DNA of 64,000 nt from Treponemataceae bacterium. GTDB lineage: Bacteria; Spirochaetota; Spirochaetia; Treponematales; Rectinemataceae. The stretch covers positions 2,335,562-2,399,561 of the forward strand of contig CAXXVZ010000003.1 in assembly GCA_963678065.2 (NCBI GenBank), given 5' to 3'. A model generated the notes under the pieces. The model was not told the DNA's origin. It did not search any database and saw nothing but the letters and a program-made list of their open reading frames with translations. A program made the translations under genes and the position numbers. Positions 1-9,862 of the stretch are shown here, piece after piece. The stretch's first letter is position 1. The number at the start of each line of letters is the position of its first letter.

Positions 1-824
1 TTGACGTTCGGGACGTTGGCTTCCTTCTTGGTAGGACTCAGCGTTGTCCTGTCCGGGTCGAACAGCGGGTCCCTCGCGGTGAAGACGGTCGTTTCAAGGT
101 CGTGTATGCGCAGCGCGAGCTCGCAGGCCGCGAGGAAGGCGTTCGCCCCCGAGTCCGGCGTAGAGCCGTGGGTCTGCACACCCTTGGTGACGACCTTGAG
201 CCAGCAGATATTCTTCTCGGCCACCTCGATCATGGAGCCGTCCGGCAATCCGCCGTCCGGAATGATGATGATGTCATCTTTGCGGAAGAGGTCGTGCTCG
301 CGAAGGAGGTACTGGATTCCGAACTTGGAACCGCACTCCTCGTCGGCGACAAAGAGAAGCTTGATCGTCCGCTCCGGGATGATGCCATTCTCCAGGAAAG
401 CGAGGGCACAGAAGACCGAGGCCACGAGACCCTGCTGATTGTCCTCGACCCCGCGGCCGTAGACCCGGCCATCCTTCTCCACGACCTTGTACGGGTCGGT
501 GTTCCACATCGAGCGATCGCCCTCGGGCACGACATCGAGGTGAGTCATGATCCAGAGCCTCCCGCCATCGCGCGCGCCGGGAATCGTCGCGACGATGTTG
601 GGCCTTATCCCTGACGGCACCCGCGGATCGGGCGCGTCGAGCCGGACCATGTCCTTTATGCCTCGCGCGGAAAGCCAGGCCTGGAGAGCCTCGGCCTTGG
701 CGAGCTCCCCGACGCCCTCGGACTCGGGAGCGAGGGCGGGAATCGCCGTCAGAAGCGATTCGAGTTCGACGATGCCCGCAGACGAAGCATCGAGGTATGA
801 AAAAACAGTTTGCTTGAGAGACAT
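1..824 (-). CDS. M20 family metallo-hydrolase (DapE/ArgE-like), runs off the window start
   Basis: Not in the ORF track. Manual translation from ATG at 824 gives MSLKQTVFSYLD...LWIMTHLDVVPEGD...YGRGVEDNQQG, with the M20 HxDVVP and GRG-x-D metal-binding motifs. Confidence 0.85.
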   Translation of the reverse strand, partial: MSLKQTVFSYLDASSAGIVELESLLTAIPALAPESEGVGELAKAEALQAWLSARGIKDMVRLDAPDPRVPSGIRPNIVATIPGARDGGRLWIMTHLDVVPEGDRSMWNTDPYKVVEKDGRVYGRGVEDNQQGLVASVFCALAFLENGIIPERTIKLLFVADEECGSKFGIQYLLREHDLFRKDDIIIIPDGGLPDGSMIEVAEKNICWLKVVTKGVQTHGSTPDSGANAFLAACELALRIHDLETTVFTARDPLFDPDRTTLSPTKKEANVPNV

Positions 825-851
825 GCTGCACCCCTTTTTAAGGATTCCGGT

Positions 852-1826
852 TCAGACGATGTGCTTCCTGTACGCTTCCCATGTAGTGGACACGAGGGTC
901 CCGACATCCGAGAACTGCGCCTCCCAACCCAGAAGCTCGCGAGCGAGCGCGCTCGAGGCGACGAGCTTCGCGGGATCGCCAGGTCTCCTCGCCGTGATAC
1001 GCGCGGAAATGGGCTTGCCCGTGATCCGCCGCGCCGCTTCCAGGATCTCAAGGACGGAAATACCCGCCTCCGATCCGAGGTTGACGACGAAGCTGGGGTT
1101 GCCGGCCGAGATCCTGTCCAGAGCCGCCACATGGGCCCGCGCGAGGTCGCTCACGTGCACATAGTCGCGCACGCCCGAGCCGTCGGGCGTCGGATAGTCC
1201 GTCCCGAAAATGCAGATCTCCGCCCGCATCCCGGCGGCCACTTCCATGATGGCGGGGATGAGGTTGGCCGGGTTCTTCTCGAGACCTACGATCCTTCCCT
1301 TCACGTCGTAGCCCGCCGCGTTGAAATACCGTAGCGCGGCGTATTTGATGCCCTTCAGCTTGTCGTACCAGGCGAGCATCCTCTCGATCTCGAGCTTGGT
1401 GAATCCGTAGTAGTTCTCGGGATTCGTCGGATGCTTCTCGTCGATCGGAAGGTAGGAGGGTTCGCCGTAGGTTGCGGCCGAAGAGGAGAAAACGATTCTT
1501 TTGATGCCCGCTCGCGAGGCGGCGTTCAGGATGTTGATCGTTCCCGTCAGATTCTGGACCGAGTACTTTTCCGGGTTGATCATGGACTCGCCCGCGGCCT
1601 TGGCGGCGGCCAGGTGGATGAGGGCATCGAAACCGCCTGCCATCGCCTTCTCGAGCTCATCCGGGTCGAGAATGTCGCCGCGGATGAGGGTCTCGTTTTC
1701 GAAGAGATTGTCCACTGTGCCGGTCGAAAGATTGTCAAAAACGCTGACCGCGTGCCCCGCGTCCAGAAGCTCACGCGCGACATGGCTGCCGATGTACCCC
1801 GCTCCGCCGATCACAAGAACCTTCAT
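852..1826 (-). CDS. galE: UDP-glucose 4-epimerase
   Basis: MKVLVIGGAGYIGSH Rossmann motif, YGFTK (YxxxK), LRYFNAAG, GVRDYVHV. Confidence 0.95.
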   Translation of the reverse strand: MKVLVIGGAGYIGSHVARELLDAGHAVSVFDNLSTGTVDNLFENETLIRGDILDPDELEKAMAGGFDALIHLAAAKAAGESMINPEKYSVQNLTGTINILNAASRAGIKRIVFSSSAATYGEPSYLPIDEKHPTNPENYYGFTKLEIERMLAWYDKLKGIKYAALRYFNAAGYDVKGRIVGLEKNPANLIPAIMEVAAGMRAEICIFGTDYPTPDGSGVRDYVHVSDLARAHVAALDRISAGNPSFVVNLGSEAGISVLEILEAARRITGKPISARITARRPGDPAKLVASSALARELLGWEAQFSDVGTLVSTTWEAYRKHIV

Positions 1827-1886
1827 CCATTCCCTCCGTGGTGATCCAATCGTCCGTCTGAACCGAGTATACCCGAAAAAAAAAAT

Positions 1887-1910
1887 CCGGTCACCCCGAA
1901 GGATGACCGG
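1887..1910 (-). terminator. Rho-independent terminator after tRNA-Phe
   Basis: CCGGTCA...TGACCGG hairpin followed by a T-run on the minus strand. Confidence 0.8.
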
Positions 1911-1915
1911 AATCG

Positions 1916-1988
1916 TGCCGCCGATCAGAATTGAACTGATGACACATGGATTTTCAGTCCATTGCTCTACCAACTGAGCTACAGCGGC
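1916..1988 (-). tRNA. tRNA-Phe(GAA)
   Basis: GCCGCTGTAGCTCAGTTGGTAGAGCAATGGACTGAAAATCCATGTGTCATCAGTTCAATTCTGATCGGCGGCA folds as a cloverleaf with anticodon GAA. Confidence 0.97.
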
Positions 1989-2045
1989 TCGAATGAGGCC
2001 ATTTATACAGAAAGGTACAAGAAAGGTCAAGAGGGAGTGACAATT

Positions 2046-2618
2046 TCAGTTCCCTGTCCCCCTGAAACTGGCCAAGAGGTAGGGTTTCAGCCGGACGACC
2101 TTGCCGTCGCGAGCCTGGAAAGCGAGCTGAAAGTACCTGACCGCCTCCCAGTGCGGATCGCCCGCCCCGACCCGGAAATCCGTCGTGGGAAAGACGATCT
2201 CCGTGCCCTGATCCACAAGTTTCTGGGTGAGGTCGCAGACAAAGTAGTTTTTCAGGGCTTCTTCCTCCCCGAAGTAGACCGCGATCCAGGCGAGATCCTT
2301 CCGTTCAGGACATTCCACGCTGAAATAGAAGCGGTTTCCGATGACGGCGAGGAAGACAACCTCGTCGATGTAGCGGTAGACATCGCCTTTGCTCTCGAGA
2401 ACAGGCGTCTTGGGCCACTGCACCACCGGGCTGAATCCCTCCATTTTGGAGGCGCTCCCGTATTTCGCGCGCTCGGCCGGCAGGACGATCGGCGCCGGTT
2501 TGATGATAGGACGGGGCTCCGGATAGGAGTAATACAGCGGATTGGTCTCGCAGGCGGCAAACATGACGAGAAATAAAGCCGTCAGGGCCGCGCCCTGCAC
2601 GATAGACCTGAATCTCAC
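2046..2618 (-). CDS. hypothetical lipoprotein
   Basis: Hydrophobic signal peptide ending in a FAAC lipobox-like motif; GAAGGAGG RBS. Confidence 0.7.
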   Translation of the reverse strand: MRFRSIVQGAALTALFLVMFAACETNPLYYSYPEPRPIIKPAPIVLPAERAKYGSASKMEGFSPVVQWPKTPVLESKGDVYRYIDEVVFLAVIGNRFYFSVECPERKDLAWIAVYFGEEEALKNYFVCDLTQKLVDQGTEIVFPTTDFRVGAGDPHWEAVRYFQLAFQARDGKVVRLKPYLLASFRGTGN

Positions 2619-2676
2619 CGCTGCCCTCCTTCATGGCTCCGTTCATGTCGACACGCTATCCTGCTATAATATCGAG

Positions 2677-4914
2677 ATGAACTGCGTCATCGTCCAGCCC
2701 CCCTTCGTCCAGCTCAACACCGCCTATCCCGCCGCCTGGTACCTCGAGTCTTTCCTCCGCTCGCGCGGGCACAAGGCGGAGGCCTTCGACCACTCCATCG
2801 AAACCTTCCACTCGATTTTCTGCCGCGCGGGACTTGAACGCGTATTCGCGGACGCGGCTATCGCGTGGGATTCCATGTCGACGACGGCTGACGAAGCGAC
2901 GCGCAGTCAGGTCGAGCGCTACTTCTCGAGTCGCAGGCTCTACATCGACTGGATCGACGACATCATGGCCTTTCTCTCGGGCGCCGATCCCGGCTTCGCC
3001 CACAGACTCGCGTCTGCGGCCGAGCGGCCAACCGGCTTCAAAACCGAGAACTGGCTCGAATCCACCGGTGGCCGCCCCGGCCCGGAAGAAGCCCGCATCC
3101 TCGCGACCCGCATCCTGGAGGACATCGCCGACTTCATCTCCTACGTCCTCGACCCCGATTTCGGCACGGTCCGCTACGCGGACAGGCTCGCCTCGGGCAT
3201 AGCCGACTTCGGCGCCCTCGAGTCCCGCCTGGATTCTTCTTATATAATGGTAGAATTCTACCGTCCCCTCGTCCGCGCCTTTCTTGAAGCGCGGCCAGAG
3301 GTGGATATCTTCCTCGTCACCATTCCCTTCCCGGGCTGCCTCGCCGGCGCCCTCAGCCTCGCCCACGAGATCAGGCGTGCGCGTACAAGCCAGGCCCCCG
3401 TCCTCTTCGGCGGCGGCTACGTCTCGACAGAGCTCCGGAACCTCGCCGATCCCCGCATCTTCGATTACTGCGACTATCTCTGTTTCGACTCGGGCTACGG
3501 CGCCCTGGACTCCATCCTCCGTTTCCTCTCCGGTGGGGACTCAGGGGATCTGCGGCAGCTCATGTACCGCGACGCATCAGGACTCATCGTCCGTCGCGGC
3601 ATCGACGGCGGCTCGGAGGAGGATGCCGATCGCGCTGAAACCGCCGAGATGATAGCGACCACCTTCCCCGACTACTCGCACCTCGATTTCGGCCGCTACC
3701 TGCGCGTCGTCGACTCCGACAATCCCATGCACCGTCTCTGGTCCGACACGCCCTGGCTCAAATTCCATCTGGCCCACGGCTGCTACTGGCACCGCTGCGC
3801 CTTCTGTGACACGAACCTCGACTACGTCGCAAACTACATCCCCGCCGATATCGACACGCTCGTCGCCGCCTGCGCGAAATCCGCCGAGGCCACAGGCCTC
3901 TATGGCATCCATTTCGTCGACGAAGCCCTGCCCGTCGGAAAGCTCCTCGCCTTCGCCGAGGCCAACCGCCGCAGACAGAAGGAGGGCAAACGCCCCTTCC
4001 ATTTCTGGGGCAATGTCCGCTTCGACGCATCCTGGACAGCCGAACGCTGCGAGCTCCTCGCCTCCTCCGGCCTCGTCGCCGTATCCGGCGGCATCGAAAT
4101 CGCCAGCGAGCGCGGCCTCGCGATGACCGACAAGGGCTTCGACCTCGCCGGCCTCGTCCACTGTCTCGTCGGCATGAAGAGCGCCGGGCTCCTCGTCCAC
4201 GCCTACCTCATCTACGGCTTTCCCGCCCAGACCGAGCTTCAGATCGTCGAGTCGGCCGAGACAGTCAGGCAGGTATTCGCCTGCGGCCTCATCGACTCGG
4301 CCTTCTGGCACCGTTTCGTCCTCACCCGTCACTCCAGCATGTACAGAGAATGGGAAGCCGGCCTCATTCCCGGCCTTGAGCCGGAGGACGCTCCGCGCCT
4401 CTTCGCCGACAACGACCTCTCCTTCGCCGGTTCGGCCCGCTTCGACCGCTTCGACGATGCCGTCACGGCCTCCCTCGCCGCCTGGATGTCCGGTGAAAGC
4501 CTCGACCGGCCCATCTGGGAGTGGTTCCCTGGCTTCCCGAAGAAAGACCGCGCCCTCCTGCCCCACCCCGAACTCATAGAATCCCTCATCGAGGCGGCCC
4601 AGTCCGGCATCGAATCCTCGCTCTGTGCGGCCCCTCCGACCACATCGCGCGCCTACTGGACGGCCGGCCTCCCCATCTCCTCTGTCTCCGGCCGCAGCGC
4701 AGTTTCGGCAAGCGGCCTCTCCTGGACCCGCCGAGGTGCCACAGCCCATGCCCCCATGTCTGCCGACTCCGCCAGACGCATCGCCGCCGCTGTAGAGGAG
4801 CTCGCCGGGCGCCCCGAGGGCATGAATTCTGCGGACTTCCTCGCCTCAGCCTTTCCCAGCGACGACACGAAACTCCTCAACCTGCTGCGCGGCGATGGTC
4901 TTGTCTTTGTTTGA
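2677..4914 (+). CDS. B12-binding-domain radical SAM protein
   Basis: PPFVQLNTAYPA N-terminus and CYWHRCAFC (CxxxCxxC); TATAAT just upstream of the ATG at 2677. Confidence 0.85.
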   Translation: MNCVIVQPPFVQLNTAYPAAWYLESFLRSRGHKAEAFDHSIETFHSIFCRAGLERVFADAAIAWDSMSTTADEATRSQVERYFSSRRLYIDWIDDIMAFLSGADPGFAHRLASAAERPTGFKTENWLESTGGRPGPEEARILATRILEDIADFISYVLDPDFGTVRYADRLASGIADFGALESRLDSSYIMVEFYRPLVRAFLEARPEVDIFLVTIPFPGCLAGALSLAHEIRRARTSQAPVLFGGGYVSTELRNLADPRIFDYCDYLCFDSGYGALDSILRFLSGGDSGDLRQLMYRDASGLIVRRGIDGGSEEDADRAETAEMIATTFPDYSHLDFGRYLRVVDSDNPMHRLWSDTPWLKFHLAHGCYWHRCAFCDTNLDYVANYIPADIDTLVAACAKSAEATGLYGIHFVDEALPVGKLLAFAEANRRRQKEGKRPFHFWGNVRFDASWTAERCELLASSGLVAVSGGIEIASERGLAMTDKGFDLAGLVHCLVGMKSAGLLVHAYLIYGFPAQTELQIVESAETVRQVFACGLIDSAFWHRFVLTRHSSMYREWEAGLIPGLEPEDAPRLFADNDLSFAGSARFDRFDDAVTASLAAWMSGESLDRPIWEWFPGFPKKDRALLPHPELIESLIEAAQSGIESSLCAAPPTTSRAYWTAGLPISSVSGRSAVSASGLSWTRRGATAHAPMSADSARRIAAAVEELAGRPEGMNSADFLASAFPSDDTKLLNLLRGDGLVFV

Positions 4915-5028
4915 ACTGTAATTACGATTGGTAGTGCAGCGCGACATCTCTTCGGGACAAAAAAAAGCCGCGTCACTGCGAACAGGCCGCCTCAAGGGGC
5001 GAAACCTGCGCAACGCGCGGTTTTTTAG

Positions 5029-5078
5029 AAACTATGGGCGGTGCAAGAGTCGAACTTGCGACCCCCAGCGTGTCATAC
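5029..5078. repeat. att site: duplicated 3' part of tRNA-Val
   Basis: AAACTATGGGCGGTGCAAGAGTCGAACTTGCGACCCCCAGCGTGTCATAC, identical to 11845-11894. Confidence 0.95.
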
Positions 5079-5426
5079 GAGAGGAACGGCATTAGCCCGC
5101 GTTAACGCACTTAATCACGCGATGCATAAAACGTGATGAGGGAAGAACTAAGCTTCACCTGACTACTAGCCCAGTTTATCGCGGTTTAGTGCGCTTTGCA
5201 AGAGCGGGCGGTAACGTGGCGAGTGTCAACGGAAAATGAGACTACCACTAGCATTAGCTGGGGGTTATGTTTTGAGCATATAAAGCTCCCAGTTTTGACC
5301 GCCTCACAGAAGCCCCTTTTATAGAAGGCCTTTGAATAATCGACGCGCAAGGGGTGTTATAGTATGCGACCCCTTTGGTTAATCGTTTTGAAAACACCCT
5401 AAATGGTAGCTTTTAATATTGCCATG

Positions 5427-5455
5427 TTGACTTTCTAAGATACCTATGATATCTT
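5427..5455 (+). promoter_or_regulatory. putative sigma70 promoter of the satellite rightward operon
   Basis: TTGACT-17 bp-TATCTT with a TG extension. Confidence 0.5.
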
Positions 5456-5480
5456 TTCCCATTGACAAGAAGGGGGGAAT

Positions 5481-5996
5481 ATGGCAGGAAATATGCAGAT
5501 AGGTATTAGGGTGTCGGAAGAAGAAAAAAAGGCCTTTGATGTTATTGCAGATAAGCCCCTTGTAAAAAGCAATCGGGGCCTATTCCGCCAGTTTTTAGCA
5601 GTTTACCTTCCTTTCGGATCGTATGCCCTTCACCTAAAAGCCGCTGATCTTTCCGCCGAGATCGCATACCGGGAAAAAAAGGCCGAAGCCATAGCCGCCG
5701 AAAAGGCATCCGCATCTGAGGAAAAAGCCTATGAGCTAGAATTGGAAGCGGCCGCAAATACTGTCTTCCTGGGAAATGCTCGAATCGACGCCGAGATCGT
5801 GGTGAAAATGCTTGACCTCATCGCGAACACGATCGAGGAGGTTAGGAAGTCCCCCCTTGATATTCCTAATAATCGACAAGGTGTTAACCGCTTTGCTGAA
5901 AGCATGATACGCACCTACCGACTCAATACTGACCCTTGCTATCGGCGGAACATGGAAATCAATAGCCTAGTGCCGAAAGAGGACACGGACGAATAA
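5481..5996 (+). CDS. hypothetical protein, possible N-terminal ribbon-helix-helix
   Basis: MQIGIRVSEEEKKAF has an RHH-like pattern; strong RBS. Confidence 0.55.
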   Translation: MAGNMQIGIRVSEEEKKAFDVIADKPLVKSNRGLFRQFLAVYLPFGSYALHLKAADLSAEIAYREKKAEAIAAEKASASEEKAYELELEAAANTVFLGNARIDAEIVVKMLDLIANTIEEVRKSPLDIPNNRQGVNRFAESMIRTYRLNTDPCYRRNMEINSLVPKEDTDE

Positions 5997-6015
5997 GGAA
6001 ACGGAGCAAAATGGC

Positions 6016-6300
6016 ATGAACGGGATCGCGCAAGAGCTTATTATACAAAAAGATACATCGGATTCCGGGCAGAAAAAAATCCCCCGGATTCGCGGTCTCA
6101 CCTCCCTTTCAGCGATACGGAAAGAGATTGTCAAAGTGTATTGCGAAGCGAAGGCCGCCGGGGCAATCCCTGACAAGATTACTTTCTACCGTGGTTTGAC
6201 CTACATTCTCTCGGCGGCCGCCCAGGTCAAGAAAGACGAATCACTAGACCTCATAGAAGAGCGGCTAGAGAGACTTGAGGAGGCAAGGGGAAATGAATAG
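6016..6300 (+). CDS. hypothetical phage-like protein
   Basis: RBS; C-terminal coiled coil LIEERLERLEE; coupled to the next ORF. Confidence 0.6.
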   Translation: MNGIAQELIIQKDTSDSGQKKIPRIRGLTSLSAIRKEIVKVYCEAKAAGAIPDKITFYRGLTYILSAAAQVKKDESLDLIEERLERLEEARGNE

Positions 6301-6469
6301 AGCAATAATCGCCCGCGTTAACGCACTCGAAACGCGCAATCGTCGCCTTGCTATTTTCCTTATCGATGAAGTGAAGCTCGGCCATGAAGCAGCAAGGGCG
6401 GAGATAGAGAAGATAGAGGTGGATTCAGAACGGCACGGGATTGAGCCAATCTGTATCGTATTTGACTAA
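6293..6469 (+). CDS. small hypothetical protein
   Basis: Overlaps the upstream stop codon; begins MNRAIIARVNALE. Confidence 0.5.
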   Translation: MNRAIIARVNALETRNRRLAIFLIDEVKLGHEAARAEIEKIEVDSERHGIEPICIVFD

Positions 6470-6604
6470 CGGCCCGGCCTTATCCGGGAAGGGCTCGGCC
6501 TTTTAATCCGAAGTAAGTGGCGCGCGCGGCCTTAATCCGCACGCTAACGGCCCGGCGAATCCGAGGTAAAGTGGCTCGGCCTTATTCCGAGGAAAAGCGG
6601 CTCC
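6468..6604 (+). repeat. five imperfect tandem units (AAGTGGCNCGGCCTTAATCCG-like) in the capsid leader
   Basis: Units at about 6468, 6488, 6512, 6541 and 6565; paralogous to 10265-10352 on the minus strand. Confidence 0.8.
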
Positions 6605-6639
6605 TTACGGGGAAGCATCCAACGAAATGAGGTGAAGTC

Positions 6640-7485
6640 ATGGCTCTTTCAGCCGCCACTATTCCCGTCCAAGTATCCCGCATGATTCTTGAGACTCTCA
6701 AGGAAATTCTTGTATACGCGAAGCTTTTCAATCAAGACTACCAGGGGGAAGTATCCTTCGGCTCTGATTTGAAAATCCCTTCTATCGGAGCTGTAACGAT
6801 CGAGGATTATGAACGGTATACCGACCTGACCGGCCAAAACGCGGCCGACTCGTCCGTTACCCTGGCAATCAATAAACAGAAAGCTTTCGAGATTGTTCTG
6901 GACGATATCGACGAGGTACAGGCCGTCCCGAACATTCTTTCGGCCTATCTTGTGGATGCCGTCTTCGGCCTACAGAAAAAGATTGATACCGACCTGGCCA
7001 CTGAGCTGGCAAGCGCGGGAACCCTCGTGACCGGTTTCGGGACTTCTACCACGCCGATTGAAGTCAACTCGGCCAACATCTGTACGCAACTCCGAGCGAT
7101 GGCTATGGCTATGGACAACGCCCTAGTTCCGCGCATGGATCGGGCTATCATCCTTCCGCCCTGGGCGATTGAGAAGCTCACCCTTGCTTCCATCGTCAAC
7201 GCCACGGATAACACGGACGCGATGGCTAACGGCATCGTAGGCAAGTACGCGGGATTCAATATCTACATGAGCCCGCTTGTCCCTAACACGGCTTCGGCGA
7301 AGTATCGCATTCTCGCCGGTTCTCCCCGTTCCGCTACCTATGCGGTTCAGATCGAGAAGACCGAGAAGCTTCGGCACCCTAAGCAGTTCGCGGACATCCT
7401 GCGCGGCCTTTGCGTGTACGGCGCGAAGACTACCAGGCCGGGTACTGTCATCAACGGCTATTGGAACCTCGCCGCCGAGGCGTAA
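6640..7485 (+). CDS. major capsid protein (P22-coat-like, HK97 fold)
   Basis: IPVQVSRMILETLK..VYAKLFNQDYQGEVSFGSDLKIP, GKYAGFNIYMS and FADILRGLCVYGAKTTRP patterns; GAGGTG RBS. Confidence 0.8.
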   Translation: MALSAATIPVQVSRMILETLKEILVYAKLFNQDYQGEVSFGSDLKIPSIGAVTIEDYERYTDLTGQNAADSSVTLAINKQKAFEIVLDDIDEVQAVPNILSAYLVDAVFGLQKKIDTDLATELASAGTLVTGFGTSTTPIEVNSANICTQLRAMAMAMDNALVPRMDRAIILPPWAIEKLTLASIVNATDNTDAMANGIVGKYAGFNIYMSPLVPNTASAKYRILAGSPRSATYAVQIEKTEKLRHPKQFADILRGLCVYGAKTTRPGTVINGYWNLAAEA

Positions 7486-7566
7486 CTAGACCCTAGTCCG
7501 GCCGCCGTTGGCGATAACCGGCTTAGATAGCGCTTGTGTGGCCATGGGCGCGCGTTCATTCGGTCT

Positions 7567-7599
7567 GCCCTCCCTGAGCAAAACGGGGAGGGCCTTTTT
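7567..7599 (+). terminator. terminator after the capsid gene
   Basis: GCCCTCCC...GGGAGGGC hairpin followed by a T-run. Confidence 0.7.
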
Positions 7600-7700
7600 A
7601 TCGTTTACACCCCAAAATGTATCCATAAAGGTAACGCGAAAAATGAGCCCGCTGTAAGTCGCCCCCCTCTATCGAATTACAACGGGCTACCACTTGCCTA

Positions 7701-8012
7701 TTATGCTGAGAGCTTAGGATTCCATGGAGATTGTAGGCCCATTTCGTTAATGAGTAGCCCTTCACTGGGCGAGAGGTCGCCTTCCTCCGCGTCGTATGTT
7801 TTCAAGAGTAAGTCCCCGGCAAGCGCGAAAGCTTCCAGTTGGTCGCCAAGTAAGGCTATACGCGGATCGTCAACGAAAAGCTCGGCCGAGAGAACACGCG
7901 CCTCATTTCGCCGCGCCCGAATCCAGGAAACAAGCCCGGCCCTGTCGCCCCCGAAAAAGTCTGTTGCCCCTGCCATAATCTCCACGAATGTTTTCAGCTG
8001 TCGAATATCCAT
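7701..8012 (-). CDS. hypothetical protein
   Basis: GGAGG RBS before MDIRQLK. Confidence 0.55.
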   Translation of the reverse strand: MDIRQLKTFVEIMAGATDFFGGDRAGLVSWIRARRNEARVLSAELFVDDPRIALLGDQLEAFALAGDLLLKTYDAEEGDLSPSEGLLINEMGLQSPWNPKLSA

Positions 8013-8076
8013 GTTCTTTTCCTCCCAAATAATCGGCCCCGAGGGCAGAGCCACAAGGCCACGCCCCCGGTAGCCC

Positions 8077-9591
8077 TTACCAGATTTCCAGTTCGTCATC
8101 GGCCTTGACGGGTAGCACTTCGCATCTGCTACCGCTACTTTCTGCTTCCTTGCTTATATCTTTATCAGGTATAACGTTAGGCTCGAATAGGGAGCGGGTA
8201 GCAGTTGATTCCAGGTAGCGCGCGAATATTTCCTTGAAGTCTTCCACGCGGTAAGCCCGCGCGTTCCGCCCCGCCGTCTTCATTTGAACAGATTGAATCC
8301 CGAACGGCTTCAAGTACCGTGCAAGGTTGTTTTTAGAGAATCCCTTTCCCCCGGCGAATCCAGGCCACGGATGATCTTCAAGTGAAAGTAGATACTCTAC
8401 AACCTCTTCAGAAGTGAATGCGGTTTTATAGGTAGCCGAGGAAAAGAGCGCTCGGAGGTCGCGGAGTAGTAGCGTCCTCACGTCGTCGTCGTCGCTATCA
8501 GATTGTGCGCATACCGCTATAGCTGCCTCTCGGGCTATCCTTGACCACTCTCCCCCAGCTACGTCTGCAATACGCAAAAGCTCGCGCCATGCGTCCGCTT
8601 GCCTGTCGTTCAATTCAATGGGTATTTGAGGGTCAATGGCAGCTATCTTTTTTTGACTATCCGTCGTCCATCTAACGATACGACGACGAAGCTCTTCAAA
8701 GCCTTGGTCTTGATCGGCGCGAAGGCGTTCGACCGTTTCCTCTCCCTTTTTCCGCTTCATCGGGATGAGGAGTGCCCTATCGGCCAGCGTTGACGGAAGA
8801 TGTCCTATAAGCCCGAGAGCCTTCGGGCACCACGTCGAAAAAATACGCGGTTCTTGATCTTCGCCTGAGCATCGAATGGCATAGGCCGCCGTCCGTGAAA
8901 AACTCGCGTTGACAAGTGTCCTTAGGTCTTCATTTTCCTTGAAGATCGAATCCGCTTCGTCAAGAACAAGAGTAGGCCTAAACTTTTCAACTACCCTAAA
9001 GAGTGCAGCGCTTGTAATCGTAGAAGCAGGAAGGGCTTTCAAGGCAAGGCGTGATACTACTTCAAGAGCTGTTGTCTTTCCGCATCTTTTAGTTGCCGAG
9101 AAGAAAACCAAAAGAGGCAAACAAGCGGCATGATCGACTAGGTAGGACAAGGTAAGCCATAGAGCCATCGATTCAACCGCGTACGGAGGCGCTATCAGGA
9201 AGCGCCGAATCTGTTCGACCAATGAATCTAGAAGAGTTGCGCCATCTACGCGGCTAGGCCATGCCTCAGGCGCTTCTAGCGCGATTTCACGGCCCTGTGT
9301 CACCTTCTCGGGTTTCGCTTCCCGACGGATTCGATCGAGAAAAGACGGGCGGACTACATACTCTTTCGCTAGGGCCTTCCGCTGCGTCTCGTATTCCTCA
9401 TCGCTCAAGGAAATAATTTTTTCACGAAGCCCGGAAGTATCTGCTACCTCGCTACCATTTGCACCTATCTCGTCTTCCGATCTGCAATTAGGTTCGGTAA
9501 CATTCGGTAGCGGTAACGGATTCAATCTGCTACCCGGTATCGGGGCGAGTAAATCGGCGGCGCCGGGGGAAGGTAAGTCTTTATTTCCCAT
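8077..9591 (-). CDS. DUF3631-family replication-associated protein
   Basis: EAWPSRVDGATLLD, KRCGKTT P-loop, PTLVLDEAD and LNDRQADAWRELLRIADVAGGEW are typical of DUF3631 proteins. Confidence 0.8.
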   Translation of the reverse strand: MGNKDLPSPGAADLLAPIPGSRLNPLPLPNVTEPNCRSEDEIGANGSEVADTSGLREKIISLSDEEYETQRKALAKEYVVRPSFLDRIRREAKPEKVTQGREIALEAPEAWPSRVDGATLLDSLVEQIRRFLIAPPYAVESMALWLTLSYLVDHAACLPLLVFFSATKRCGKTTALEVVSRLALKALPASTITSAALFRVVEKFRPTLVLDEADSIFKENEDLRTLVNASFSRTAAYAIRCSGEDQEPRIFSTWCPKALGLIGHLPSTLADRALLIPMKRKKGEETVERLRADQDQGFEELRRRIVRWTTDSQKKIAAIDPQIPIELNDRQADAWRELLRIADVAGGEWSRIAREAAIAVCAQSDSDDDDVRTLLLRDLRALFSSATYKTAFTSEEVVEYLLSLEDHPWPGFAGGKGFSKNNLARYLKPFGIQSVQMKTAGRNARAYRVEDFKEIFARYLESTATRSLFEPNVIPDKDISKEAESSGSRCEVLPVKADDELEIW

Positions 9592-9862
9592 AGACGTACC
9601 CCCGGTATGCCCTCAGCCCAGGAAGCAAGTGGCGCTTGCCCTTTCCCTCTCGTATGATTGAGAGAACCCAGTTTTCCCATTCGGACTCGGCTATGTCGGC
9701 GAGGTAATAGGCAAGTTGGTCACGGCTTATCGTCGGGCAAAGTAAGAAGGATTCTTCCCTAACTAGGAACAATTCGTCATGCCTGTTCAACCCTATTTTT
9801 GTCCGTGGGGTTGAGAGAACGCGACGTATCGCGGCCATGTTCGGCGTTTCAGCGGTGCTCAT
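9581..9862 (-). CDS. hypothetical protein
   Basis: Translationally coupled within the xis operon. Confidence 0.55.
   Translation of the reverse strand: MSTAETPNMAAIRRVLSTPRTKIGLNRHDELFLVREESFLLCPTISRDQLAYYLADIAESEWENWVLSIIREGKGKRHLLPGLRAYRGYVYGK

Noticed and set aside
4959..5026. Structured element beyond the tRNA-Val att copy as a novel ncRNA
   Set aside because: Most simply the native bidirectional terminator region (AAAAGCCGCG...CGCGGTTTTTT).
5035..5078. Extra tRNA-Val gene
   Set aside because: Only the 3' half is present; it is an att duplicate.
6468..6604. Possible CRISPR mini-array
   Set aside because: Units are degenerate, nearly abutting and lack unique spacers; no cas genes in the window.
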